Assembly (NCBI GenBank): GCA_015069165.1
Contig: SVJD01000002.1
Coordinates: 1,385 to 65,384, forward strand
Origin: Oscillospiraceae bacterium
GTDB taxonomy: Bacteria; Bacillota; Clostridia; UBA1212; UBA1255
Reading direction: 5' to 3'
Length of the DNA stretch: 64,000 nucleotides
Of this stretch, positions 35,953-45,066 are shown piece by piece (the stretch's first letter is position 1; each line of letters begins with the position of its first letter). The translations under genes and the position numbers were made by a program. The notes beneath the pieces are model-generated. The model did not search any database. It saw nothing but the letters and a program-made list of their open reading frames with translations, and was not told where the DNA came from.

Positions 35953-37257
35953 ATGGCAAAGCATTTAAATTTAGAAGAAAGACAAACAATACAATTAGGC
36001 TTAAAGAGCGGATTAACTTATGCCGAAATAGCTCAGCAATTGTGCAAAAGTAAATCAACAATAAGCAGAGAAGTGCAAAAACATCGTACTTTTATTCACT
36101 ATACAGAAGTAGCAACATTCCAACCTAAAAACGTGTGTACAAAACGTTTTACTTGTTCAATCAAAGATAAATGTAAAAGTCCGACATGTTACAACGTCTG
36201 TAAAAAGAGCTGTAAATTATGCGGTGGCTGTAATTCTTACTGTATTGAATTCAAGGAAGAAGTATGCGAACAATACAATCATGCTCCATACGTATGTAAT
36301 GGATGTTCCAAGAAAACCCGTTGTCCTTTAAGCAAATGGATTTATGATGCAAAAAAAGCTCAATCTATGTATGAGAATCAGCTGTCCGAGACCAGACAAG
36401 GCATTGCTCTTAACGAATCCGAATTGGAGTCGTTGGACAAAATCGTCAGTCCTCTTTTACAAAAAGGTCAGTCTGTTAGACATATTTGTCAAACAAACAG
36501 TTCAGAAATTAACGTTTCTGACAGGACTATTTACAAATACCTACGCAGTAATTATCTATCTGCCGATTTGTTTGATTTAAAAAGAACTGTTCAACGTAAA
36601 GCCAGAAAAAAACCGGGTCCTCCGCTTTTGGTAGACAAAGAATGTCGCTTCAATAGGCTCCATACAGATTTTCTTGATTATATTAAACAACATCCAACTT
36701 TAAATGTAGTGGAAGCAGATACAATCGAGGGACACAAAGGTGGCAAAGTTATACTTACTCTTTTTTTTCGGAATTGTAATCTGCAATTAGGTTTTCTACG
36801 AAACCAAAACACATCCGCATCTGTTAGTGCAGTATTTGATCATTTAAGAGAAATACTTACTACTGAAGAAATGTCAATGTTGTTTCCGATTATTTTGACT
36901 GACAGAGGTACTGAATTTAGTGATCCTCTGAGAATGGAGGCTGATCCTGAAACAGGCGAAATTCATTCTCGGGTATTTTATTGTGATCCGCAAAATGCCA
37001 ATCAAAAAGCAGGTTGTGAACGGAATCATGAGTTTTTTAGATACTATTTCCCTAAAGGAACATCTTTAGATTCTTTAAATCAGGATATGGTGGATCTTAT
37101 GTTCTGTCACATTAACTCATATGGAAGAGGCGAGTTTAACTACAAATCGCCGTCTGAGATGTTTCGTCTCATATACGGCGATTCTGTAGCACAAAAACTC
37201 GGTGTTGTTACACTTGATCCGAAAAGTGTAATATTAACACCTAAACTCTTTAATTAA
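35953..37257 (+). CDS. IS30-family DDE transposase with a Cys-rich insert
   Basis: N-terminal HTH (LTYAEIAQQLCKSKSTISREVQKHR). DDE triad context: VVEADTIEGHKGGKVILTLF, ILTDRGTEFSD, and YCDPQNANQKAGCERNHEFFRYYFPKG (compare IS30 FCDP..WQRG.NEN.NGLLRQYFPKG). Confidence 0.88.
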   Translation: MAKHLNLEERQTIQLGLKSGLTYAEIAQQLCKSKSTISREVQKHRTFIHYTEVATFQPKNVCTKRFTCSIKDKCKSPTCYNVCKKSCKLCGGCNSYCIEFKEEVCEQYNHAPYVCNGCSKKTRCPLSKWIYDAKKAQSMYENQLSETRQGIALNESELESLDKIVSPLLQKGQSVRHICQTNSSEINVSDRTIYKYLRSNYLSADLFDLKRTVQRKARKKPGPPLLVDKECRFNRLHTDFLDYIKQHPTLNVVEADTIEGHKGGKVILTLFFRNCNLQLGFLRNQNTSASVSAVFDHLREILTTEEMSMLFPIILTDRGTEFSDPLRMEADPETGEIHSRVFYCDPQNANQKAGCERNHEFFRYYFPKGTSLDSLNQDMVDLMFCHINSYGRGEFNYKSPSEMFRLIYGDSVAQKLGVVTLDPKSVILTPKLFN

Positions 37258-37474
37258 AACATAGCACCGGCAAGCACTCTACATACCACAATTTAGGTTG
37301 CATTTACTTTTTACACAAGAGTCACCAAAACAATGCAGCTTCATTTTGTTATGCAGAAAATTTCCGGCAACCAGCTTTCGTTTTTTATTTTACTGTCTTT
37401 TTGCCTTTTTGTATACTATTTTTTTTAAAAATGACGTTTTCGTTCAACTTTACAGTTGCATTTACTTCTTCGCG

Positions 37475-37513
37475 GTTGCATTTACTATTTCAATTAACGA
37501 ATTTTAAATTTTC
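37475..37513. repeat. IS right terminal inverted repeat
   Basis: GTTGCATTTACTATTTCAATTAACGAATTTTAAATTTTC, the partner of 35735-35775. Confidence 0.75.
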
Positions 37514-37703
37514 AAGAAAAAACTTTTTGACTTTTTCTCGTAAAGATATTGCGTTAAAAAAAAAGACACTGAATGTTTAGAAAACGTAAGAATCAAAAAA
37601 TTTACTGTATACGCGATGACTTGACGCGTTTCGTTTTTATTGCAACTTGAACTTTAAAATGTTATACTGTTTTTAATTCAGTTATTTAAAAGGACAGATG
37701 TAA

Positions 37704-39878
37704 ATGAAAATTGAAACTCGTAAAATAGAACAGGCAAAAGAATTTGCCGAGAAGCTTATGGAAAAGATGACTTTGACAGAAAAAGTCGGTCAGTTGTCGC
37801 AGTTTGGAAATTCAATATACGGAGGCGTTGAGTCGTTTTTTGAAGACCACTATCCGGAAGGAAAAGTCGGCTCGTATTTAAGTATACACGGTGCACAAAA
37901 GCTTAATGGCGTTCAAAAACGCCTTATGGAAGAAACACCTAACCATATACCTGCTTTGTTCGCATACGATGTAATTCACGGATTTAAAACAACATTTCCG
38001 ACACCTCTTACGCAGTCGTTTTCTTGGGACCCTTGGTATGTAGCAAAGGAAAGTGCTAAAGTTGCAGCGAAAGAAGCGTATGCAGCCGGCATAAGATGGA
38101 CGTTTGCTCCTATGGTAGATATTTCCAGAGATCCCAGATGGGGCAGAATTATGGAAGGTTACGGCGAAGATACTTATTTGACGTCGGAATTTTCTGCGGC
38201 TACGGTAGAAGGTTTTCAAGGTGACGAAATAGGAGCTGAGGATACTTTGCTTGCTTGTGCAAAACACTTTGTTACATACGGTGCTTGTATTGGCGGCAGA
38301 GATTACAACAGTGTTGATATGTCGCTGCAAACTTTGCTTGACGTTTATGTGCCGCCCTTTAAAGCTGCTTTTGATGCAGGCTGCTTTACTTGTATGCCTG
38401 CATTTAATGACTTCAACGGAGTTCCGTGTACATGTAATAAATATCTTCTTCAAGATGTGTTGAGAAAAGAACTTGGATTTAAAGGTGTGACCATAAGTGA
38501 TGCCGGCGCTATTGCAGAGTTGGTTCCTCATAATGTTTGTGCAAACATAAAAGAAGCAGTTGAACTTGCGTTTAATGCAGGAATAGACATTATCATGGCA
38601 TTTGATCCATACAATGACAATATTCCCGCTTTGGTTGAAGAAGGTAAAATTGATATTAAAGATGTCGATGCGGCCGTGGAACGTGTGCTTGTTCTTAAAT
38701 TTCTTGCCGGAATTTTCGAAAAACCTTTCGTAGACGAGAAAAAACAAGAATGTTTCTTCTCTCCGGAACACAGACGTGTTTCAAGAGAAGTTGCGAAGCG
38801 ATGCCCTGTTTTGCTAAAAAATGACAATGGCATTCTTCCCATAGATGAAAATAAAAAAATCCTTCTCGTAGGACCTATCGGAGACGATCCGAAAGCTATT
38901 CTCGGCGGTTGGGCCGGTCCTTGTGAACCTGCGCAGACAATTACTGTTTTGGCAGGACTTGAAAATCGCTTCGGAAAAGAAAACGTAACATTCAGTATGG
39001 GTTGCTCAATAGAAGGCAGTGAAGAAGACAATGAAAACATCAAAAAAGCAGCGGATGCTGTTTCTGAGGCTGACATAGTTGTGTTTGCGGTGGGAGAACA
39101 TTCCGGAATGGCAGGAGAAGCAAACAGCAGAAGCGATATTTCACTCCCCGGAATGCAGGAAAAACTTATTGAAGCAGTTGCAGAAGCTTCAAAGCAAAAA
39201 GGCGTGCCTTGCGTAGCAATGATATTCTCCGGTAGACCGCTTACGATTTTCTCGTGGAGAGATAAAGTTGATGCAATACTGTTTGCGGGTCAGCTCGGAA
39301 CAGAAGGCGGTAACGCAATTGCAGATATAATTTCCGGCGATTACAACCCGTCAGGCAGATTGAGCTGTTCGATTCCGTGCAGTGAAGGGCAAATTCCTTG
39401 CTATTACAACAGTCTGAATACAGGCCGCCCTGCTCTCGGAAAGTGGGTGTTTGAGTCTAAGTATAGAGATTTGCAGATTGAACCTGCTTATGCATTCGGA
39501 TACGGACTCAGTTATACGACTTTTGAATATACAGATTTGAAGCTTTCAAAAGACAAAATGTCACAAGATCCTGATGATTATATTTCGGTATCTGTTGATG
39601 TAAAAAATACAGGCGACAGAGCAGGCGAAGAAGTTGTTCAGCTTTATATCCGAGATATGATAGGCTCTCGTGCAAGACCTATGAAAGAATTAAAAGGCTT
39701 TGACAAAATAATGTTGGCACCGGGAGAAAAGAAAACAGTTGAATTTACATTAAAAAACAGTGATTTGGCGTTCACTGATTGGAATATGAACAAAGTAACT
39801 GAACCGGGAAATTTCACTGTTATGATATCAAAAAATGCGGCGGAATCGGTGCTCTTTGCAAGCTTTAAAGTTGAGTAA
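37704..39878 (+). CDS. Glycoside hydrolase family 3 beta-glucosidase
   Basis: GRIMEGYGEDTYL, KHFVTYG and GVTISDAGAI (nucleophile Asp context), plus a C-terminal Fn3-like domain (VQLYIRD...ELKGF). Confidence 0.9.
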   Translation: MKIETRKIEQAKEFAEKLMEKMTLTEKVGQLSQFGNSIYGGVESFFEDHYPEGKVGSYLSIHGAQKLNGVQKRLMEETPNHIPALFAYDVIHGFKTTFPTPLTQSFSWDPWYVAKESAKVAAKEAYAAGIRWTFAPMVDISRDPRWGRIMEGYGEDTYLTSEFSAATVEGFQGDEIGAEDTLLACAKHFVTYGACIGGRDYNSVDMSLQTLLDVYVPPFKAAFDAGCFTCMPAFNDFNGVPCTCNKYLLQDVLRKELGFKGVTISDAGAIAELVPHNVCANIKEAVELAFNAGIDIIMAFDPYNDNIPALVEEGKIDIKDVDAAVERVLVLKFLAGIFEKPFVDEKKQECFFSPEHRRVSREVAKRCPVLLKNDNGILPIDENKKILLVGPIGDDPKAILGGWAGPCEPAQTITVLAGLENRFGKENVTFSMGCSIEGSEEDNENIKKAADAVSEADIVVFAVGEHSGMAGEANSRSDISLPGMQEKLIEAVAEASKQKGVPCVAMIFSGRPLTIFSWRDKVDAILFAGQLGTEGGNAIADIISGDYNPSGRLSCSIPCSEGQIPCYYNSLNTGRPALGKWVFESKYRDLQIEPAYAFGYGLSYTTFEYTDLKLSKDKMSQDPDDYISVSVDVKNTGDRAGEEVVQLYIRDMIGSRARPMKELKGFDKIMLAPGEKKTVEFTLKNSDLAFTDWNMNKVTEPGNFTVMISKNAAESVLFASFKVE

Positions 39879-39937
39879 TTTGTATTTGCTTTTAAAGGGT
39901 TTTGGTATATAATATTGCTGTATATGCAAAATAGGGG

Positions 39938-41125
39938 GTGTCTACAATACTAAGCGGTGCAAATAAACAACAATTGGCAGAAATTGCCGGATATATAGGT
40001 GCGGATTTTGGTATTATTGATGATGCCGGACATATTTTGTTTTACAACGGAGAAACAGACGAAAATTCTTTTGAAGAAGAACTTGTGAATATTTTCACGG
40101 AGCTTCAAAATGACGATGCTTTTTCATCTTATGAGGCTATGCAATTCGAAAAAAACGGTTTTATGTTCGAAGATGTCACGGTGGACAGCGATGAAACTAT
40201 TTTTATGTTTGTAAAGCCGAATGTTTCGGATAATGAGAATCATACAAACGAAATAAAGGCATATAAGAATATTTTGGCACTTGCAGCTCACGGATTCAGA
40301 TACAGGGAGTCACAAAGCAGTAAGGATTTAATAAATATATTTAAAAAATTACTTATTGAAGGCAGACGAAATGTCACAGAAGAACAGATAGAGGCTGTTT
40401 ACGGAGATTTTATGGCAAATGCCAGCGGCTATGCAGTGGTGCTTGTAACTTTAAATATTGTTTCGGGAACACCTGCCGGAGACAGTGAGCTTATATGCCG
40501 TATATTGCAGGAAATTTTCGGAGTAGATGAGGGCTTTTTGATTATTCCGATTGATTATGCGAGAACTGCCGTGATTTGTCCCTTAAAAGAAGAAATTACG
40601 TATGATTATATTATGGAATATGCAAATATGGTAAAAAATACATTGCTTCTTGAAGCGATGGTTGAGACGTGTGTTTCAGTAAGTTCGGTAACATCTTCTT
40701 TAATGAATTTGAATAATGCATATATCGAGGCGGATAAAGCCAAAAACATAGGTTTGATATTCGAAATGACGGATAATTGTCTTGAATATAATAAATTGGG
40801 ACTTGAAAAGTTGATATATTCAATTCCGATAGATGCTTGTCTCAGATATATAACAGAAACTTTCGGAGAGGGTTTCATACAAGATAAATCTGCAAAAGAA
40901 TTGCTTAATACAGTTAAGGTTTATTTAGAAAACAACTTAAATGTAAGTGAAGCTTCAAGAGTTTTGTATATTCACAGAAATACTTTGATGTACAGATTGG
41001 AAAAGTTTACTAAAATGACCGGACTTGATTGTTCTGAATTTGACATAAGTATGCGTATCGGAATAGCACTTTTGATTTTGCAGTATATAGAAAATAAAGA
41101 ACCGGCGCTTTTAAATAAAATTTAA
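39938..41125 (+). CDS. PucR-type transcriptional regulator (C-terminal HTH)
   Basis: C-terminal NLNVSEASRVLYIHRNTLMYRLEKFTKMTGLD is the PucR_C HTH motif. GTG start follows TAGGGGG. Confidence 0.65.
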   Translation: MSTILSGANKQQLAEIAGYIGADFGIIDDAGHILFYNGETDENSFEEELVNIFTELQNDDAFSSYEAMQFEKNGFMFEDVTVDSDETIFMFVKPNVSDNENHTNEIKAYKNILALAAHGFRYRESQSSKDLINIFKKLLIEGRRNVTEEQIEAVYGDFMANASGYAVVLVTLNIVSGTPAGDSELICRILQEIFGVDEGFLIIPIDYARTAVICPLKEEITYDYIMEYANMVKNTLLLEAMVETCVSVSSVTSSLMNLNNAYIEADKAKNIGLIFEMTDNCLEYNKLGLEKLIYSIPIDACLRYITETFGEGFIQDKSAKELLNTVKVYLENNLNVSEASRVLYIHRNTLMYRLEKFTKMTGLDCSEFDISMRIGIALLILQYIENKEPALLNKI

Positions 41126-41145
41126 TTTATAAAAGGAAAGAAAAA

Positions 41146-42081
41146 ATGGAACAAAGTACAAAAGACAAACAATCAGCAAAAAAAGGTTTATTTAAAAATG
41201 AAAAAAGGAATCTCCCGATGATAATTTTTGACAATGTGGAAAAAACATATCACAACGGAGTTGATGCTATTAAAAATCTCAGCTTTCAGATAGAAGAAGG
41301 CGAATTTGTGTTTTTGATGGGTTCCAGCGGTGCGGGAAAATCCACTCTTATAAAACTGATTTTACTTGAAGAAACACCTACTTCGGGAAGAATTTTTGTA
41401 AATTCACATAATGTATCAAAAATCAGAAAATCAAGAATTCAAAGATATAGACGCAGCATAGGCGTATTTTTTCAAGATTTCCGACTTTTGGAAAAGAAAA
41501 CCGTTTTCCAGAATATTGCTTTTGCAATGGAAATAATGGGAGCATCTAAAAAAGAGATAACAGAAAAAGTTGATATAACACTTTCTTTAATGGGACTTAC
41601 AGCCAAAAGAAATGAATATCCGGGTCAGCTTTCGGGGGGCGAACAACAAAGAGTTGCATTGGCAAGAGCTATTGTTAACGGTCCGGATATTTTGATTGCA
41701 GACGAGCCTACGGGGAATTTGGACCCCGAAAACTCTGCTGAAATTATGTCGCTTTTGCAAATGATAAATTCTTACGGTACAACCGTTTTGGTTGCAACTC
41801 ATGAGCAATATATGGCGGAAAAAATGGGTAAAAGAGTTATTGTGCTTAATCACGGACATACAGTAACAAAGGAAAGTACGGATGTTATTCCGACCAAGGA
41901 AGCACCGATAGAGGAAACTGCGCAAGAGCCTGTAAAAGAGCCTGTACCGGAACAAAAACCGCAAGAGGAAAACAGTACTCCTGTTCAGGTGGAAATACCG
42001 GTAGCATCAATAAATATTGCTTCTGCTCAACAGCAGAAAGAAGAGCAGGAAGAGCCTAAGGAGGATAACGAAAATGCGTAA
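41146..42081 (+). CDS. ftsE: Cell-division ABC ATPase FtsE with a ~70-aa low-complexity C-terminal tail
   Basis: GSSGAGKSTL, LSGGEQQRVALARA and ILIADEPTGNLD. An alternative start at ATG 41218 (MIIFDNVEKTY) gives the canonical FtsE N-terminus. Confidence 0.88.
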   Translation: MEQSTKDKQSAKKGLFKNEKRNLPMIIFDNVEKTYHNGVDAIKNLSFQIEEGEFVFLMGSSGAGKSTLIKLILLEETPTSGRIFVNSHNVSKIRKSRIQRYRRSIGVFFQDFRLLEKKTVFQNIAFAMEIMGASKKEITEKVDITLSLMGLTAKRNEYPGQLSGGEQQRVALARAIVNGPDILIADEPTGNLDPENSAEIMSLLQMINSYGTTVLVATHEQYMAEKMGKRVIVLNHGHTVTKESTDVIPTKEAPIEETAQEPVKEPVPEQKPQEENSTPVQVEIPVASINIASAQQQKEEQEEPKEDNENA

Positions 42082-42976
42082 AATCAGAACTTTTTATTAT
42101 ATTTTACGTCAAGGCGTTGCCAATTCCTTCAAAAATTGGCACATGCTCTTTTCGTCTGTTTTTGTAATTTTTGTATCACTTTACATTATGGGAACTTTGA
42201 TGATGCTCTCCGTAAATTTACAGAGAATTTTGACAGAACTCAGCGAACAGCAAAAGGAAGTTATGATAGATTGTTCTACAGATGTAAGTGATGAGGGCAG
42301 CATTGCCATTGCGGATATCATAATAAAAGACTCCAGAGTGGCAGAAGTGCAAAGAATTTCCAAAGAAGAAAATCTTAAAAATGCAATAGAAATGTTCGAA
42401 GAAGAACAAGACCTTTTTGAAAATTTTGATGCGGATTATATGTATGTTTCTTTCAGAGTAAATCTTAAGTCCGTGGAAAATGTGGAACAATTCTCTGAAG
42501 ATATGAAAAAGGTTACGGGAGTTGAGGAAGTAACCGACAATACTTCCGTATACAAGTATTTCTCATCCATAAATAAAGGTGTAAAAATAGGAAGTATGGT
42601 AGCTATACTTGTTTTTGGATTCTTATCTGTGTTGCTTTCTGCAAACACAATAAGATTAACTGTTTTTGCAAGAAACAAAGAGCTTATTATCATGAAAAAT
42701 ATCGGTGCGTCAAAAGCATATATGAGAGGACCTTTTGTAATAGAAGGTATTATTATCGGAATACTTAGCTCGATTCTTTCATATTTTGCATTGAGAGTCA
42801 CATACGCATACGCATATAAAGCGGTAAACAGTGCTTCCGAAGGGTTGAAAAACATATTGGGCTTGGCGAATTTTTCTGAATTTTCGGTAAGCGTTTTCTT
42901 AATGTTTGTCGTTGCCGGAATTTTTGTAGGTGTTATTTCAGGTGCCATTGCAGTGCGCCGCTATGTTAAAGTTTAA
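42074..42976 (+). CDS. ftsX: Cell-division permease FtsX
   Basis: MRKIRTFYYILRQGVANSFKN, four TM segments, an extracellular domain between TM1 and TM2, and the IMKNIGAS motif. The ATG overlaps the ftsE stop region. Confidence 0.85.
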   Translation: MRKIRTFYYILRQGVANSFKNWHMLFSSVFVIFVSLYIMGTLMMLSVNLQRILTELSEQQKEVMIDCSTDVSDEGSIAIADIIIKDSRVAEVQRISKEENLKNAIEMFEEEQDLFENFDADYMYVSFRVNLKSVENVEQFSEDMKKVTGVEEVTDNTSVYKYFSSINKGVKIGSMVAILVFGFLSVLLSANTIRLTVFARNKELIIMKNIGASKAYMRGPFVIEGIIIGILSSILSYFALRVTYAYAYKAVNSASEGLKNILGLANFSEFSVSVFLMFVVAGIFVGVISGAIAVRRYVKV

Positions 42977-42988
42977 GCAGGTGAAAAA

Positions 42989-44218
42989 ATGACTGATAAC
43001 GAAGAAAAAATCAATGAAAATAAGACTCTGCGTGTAAACGGAAATGTTTTGTTCGTCGGGGCGATACTTTTAGTTGTTATAACTGTTTTTGTGACATTCT
43101 TGGTTGCAGACCGTATTTATTACAACGGAGCATTATTCAGAAAATCAGACAGCGTAACATTTTCCGGAGAAAACCTTGATGAATATAAAGTAAGTAAATT
43201 TCAGGAATTACTGCATTTTATTGATGAAAATTACTATTTGGAATATGATGTCAATAAAGTGTTGGAGGGTGCGATTTCCGGTGCAGTGGCGGCTTTGGAT
43301 GATCCGTATTCGAGGTATTTGGAGCCGGGCACATTGAACGAATACGTTGATTATATAACGGGCACATATATAGGTGCGGGTTTTTCTTATGAAAGGTCAG
43401 AAAAAGGTCTGAAAATATTAAATGTGGATGCGGAATCTTCTGCGGATAAAGCAGGAATTATTGTTGGCGATGTAATTTCCGAAGTCGAAGGCAAATCAGT
43501 TGAAAGTTATACAGATGAAGAACTTAAAACACTTTTTTCAAAAGAAGGAACCGAAATTAAATTTAAAATAATTAAAGCAAACGAAGAAGTGCATGAGGCA
43601 ACGGTAACTATTTCGAAAGTAAGTAAGCAATCGGTGTTTGTAAATGATTATGATGGCGTAATGTATGTAAAAATTACGCAGTTTGATGATGATACAGGCA
43701 AAGAATTTCTGACTGCAATGGAAAAAATAGAAAAAGTTGAGCATAAAGGAATTATACTTGATTTGCGAGATAACGGCGGCGGTTACGAAACACAAGCTGA
43801 TATTGTTGCAGACAGAATTTTGCCCGAGGGACTTATAGCTTATTCAGAAAACAAGAAAGGCGAAAGATTAAGCGAAATAAAGTCTGATGCTACTTGCATT
43901 GAATCACCGTTGGTTGTACTTATAAACGAAAACACAGCCAGTGCTTCTGAATTGGTGGCGGGCGCAATAAGAGATCATAAAAAAGGAACTCTTGTAGGAG
44001 AAAAAACGTACGGAAAAGCTCTCGGACAGATAAGATATGATTATCCGGAAGACGGCAGCGGTGTTGTTTTGACGGTAGCCAAATATTTTACGCCGTCAGG
44101 TGAGTGTATTCACGGAGCGGGAATTTCGCCGGATATAGAAGTTTCTTTGGTTGAAGGCAGCGAGGAAGATGCACAACTCGAAAAAGCTTTTGAAGTTTTG
44201 AATGAAGGAAGTAAATAA
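42989..44218 (+). CDS. ctpA: S41-family C-terminal processing peptidase
   Basis: TM anchor, PDZ domain (GIIVGDVISEVEG) and S41 catalytic motifs: LDLRDNGGGY, NENTASASE, GEKTYGK. Confidence 0.88.
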   Translation: MTDNEEKINENKTLRVNGNVLFVGAILLVVITVFVTFLVADRIYYNGALFRKSDSVTFSGENLDEYKVSKFQELLHFIDENYYLEYDVNKVLEGAISGAVAALDDPYSRYLEPGTLNEYVDYITGTYIGAGFSYERSEKGLKILNVDAESSADKAGIIVGDVISEVEGKSVESYTDEELKTLFSKEGTEIKFKIIKANEEVHEATVTISKVSKQSVFVNDYDGVMYVKITQFDDDTGKEFLTAMEKIEKVEHKGIILDLRDNGGGYETQADIVADRILPEGLIAYSENKKGERLSEIKSDATCIESPLVVLINENTASASELVAGAIRDHKKGTLVGEKTYGKALGQIRYDYPEDGSGVVLTVAKYFTPSGECIHGAGISPDIEVSLVEGSEEDAQLEKAFEVLNEGSK

Positions 44219-44235
44219 AGGTAAAAGGTGTACTG

Positions 44236-45027
44236 ATGTATAATTTTATTTCAAATTACTATGATATGCTTTTTCCGCAGGCGGTTTATGATGAGTGGAA
44301 AAGCTTTGCTAAACCGATAATTCAAAAGAGCAAAGCCGTTCAGGAGTTTAAGGAAAGAAAAGAGAAACCTTTGGTTGTGGATGCCGGATGCGGCAGCGGA
44401 GAATTGGCGGCTATTTTGGCAAAATATTATGATGTAATAGGTGTTGATATTTCTCCTGATATGCTTTCTCAAGCAGTAAGCACGTATTCTGAGGAGAACA
44501 TAACATGGGTTTGCCAAGATATTTCAAAAATGGAAATAGGCCGTAAGGTTGCGGCTGTTTTTGCCACTACGGACACTTTGAACCATATAACAAACAAAAA
44601 TAAATTATTTGCGTTTTTTAACAGGGCTTTTGAATGCTTAGAAAACGGTGGTTTTTTGTTTTTTGATGTTGTTATGCCGGCATTTTTTAGAAATAATTAC
44701 GGCAGAGGCGAGTGCTCGTTTGAGGACTTTGATTGGGGAAGCTTCTTTTGGACTTGTGACTATACAGAAAGAACAGGAAAAGTTTTGTATGAAATAACTG
44801 CTTTTGAAAAATGTGATGGCAAAGATGAACTTTACAGACGATATGATGAAACTGTTTCAGAAAAAATATGGCCGGTAAGTGTACTTCGGGAAGGACTGAC
44901 GAAAGCAGGATTTCAAAACTTTACAGTTTATGACAATCTCAGCAAGCCTTTTGAATTTGCGTATCTTTGTCCGGAAATGTCGCTGGATGATTACGAAAGG
45001 CTTTATTTTATATGTGAAAAGCCTTGA
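44236..45027 (+). CDS. Class I SAM-dependent methyltransferase
   Basis: SAM motif I, VVDAGCGSGE. Confidence 0.8.
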   Translation: MYNFISNYYDMLFPQAVYDEWKSFAKPIIQKSKAVQEFKERKEKPLVVDAGCGSGELAAILAKYYDVIGVDISPDMLSQAVSTYSEENITWVCQDISKMEIGRKVAAVFATTDTLNHITNKNKLFAFFNRAFECLENGGFLFFDVVMPAFFRNNYGRGECSFEDFDWGSFFWTCDYTERTGKVLYEITAFEKCDGKDELYRRYDETVSEKIWPVSVLREGLTKAGFQNFTVYDNLSKPFEFAYLCPEMSLDDYERLYFICEKP

Positions 45028-45066
45028 ATGGAAAATTAGAGAGTAAAAAGAGAAAGAGGAATTAAA

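Larger units (their letters stand above)
35735..37513 (+). mobile_element. IS30-family insertion sequence (~1.78 kb)
   Basis: A single transposase ORF flanked by imperfect ~40-bp terminal inverted repeats, whose inner 23 nt match 22/23. The exact outer ends and the target-site duplication are not resolved. Confidence 0.8.

Noticed and set aside
37298-37507. Track ORF 37298..37507 (+, 69 aa) downstream of the transposase.
   Set aside because: It lies in the non-coding right arm of the IS and spans the reiterated GTTGCATTTAC motifs. It has a TTG start, no RBS, and a hydrophobic low-complexity translation.
37878-38771. Long antisense ORFs inside well-supported genes. Examples are 37878..38771 (297 aa, antisense to GH3), 38528..39076, 4377..4904, 8473..9085, 11670..12146, 20426..20920, 21088..21597, 22149..22703, 42436..42948 and 45591..46058.
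   Set aside because: Each lies fully within, and antisense to, a gene with strong family motifs. The translations are Cys/Arg/Phe/Ser-rich with no recognisable domain and no RBS, which is typical of shadow ORFs.
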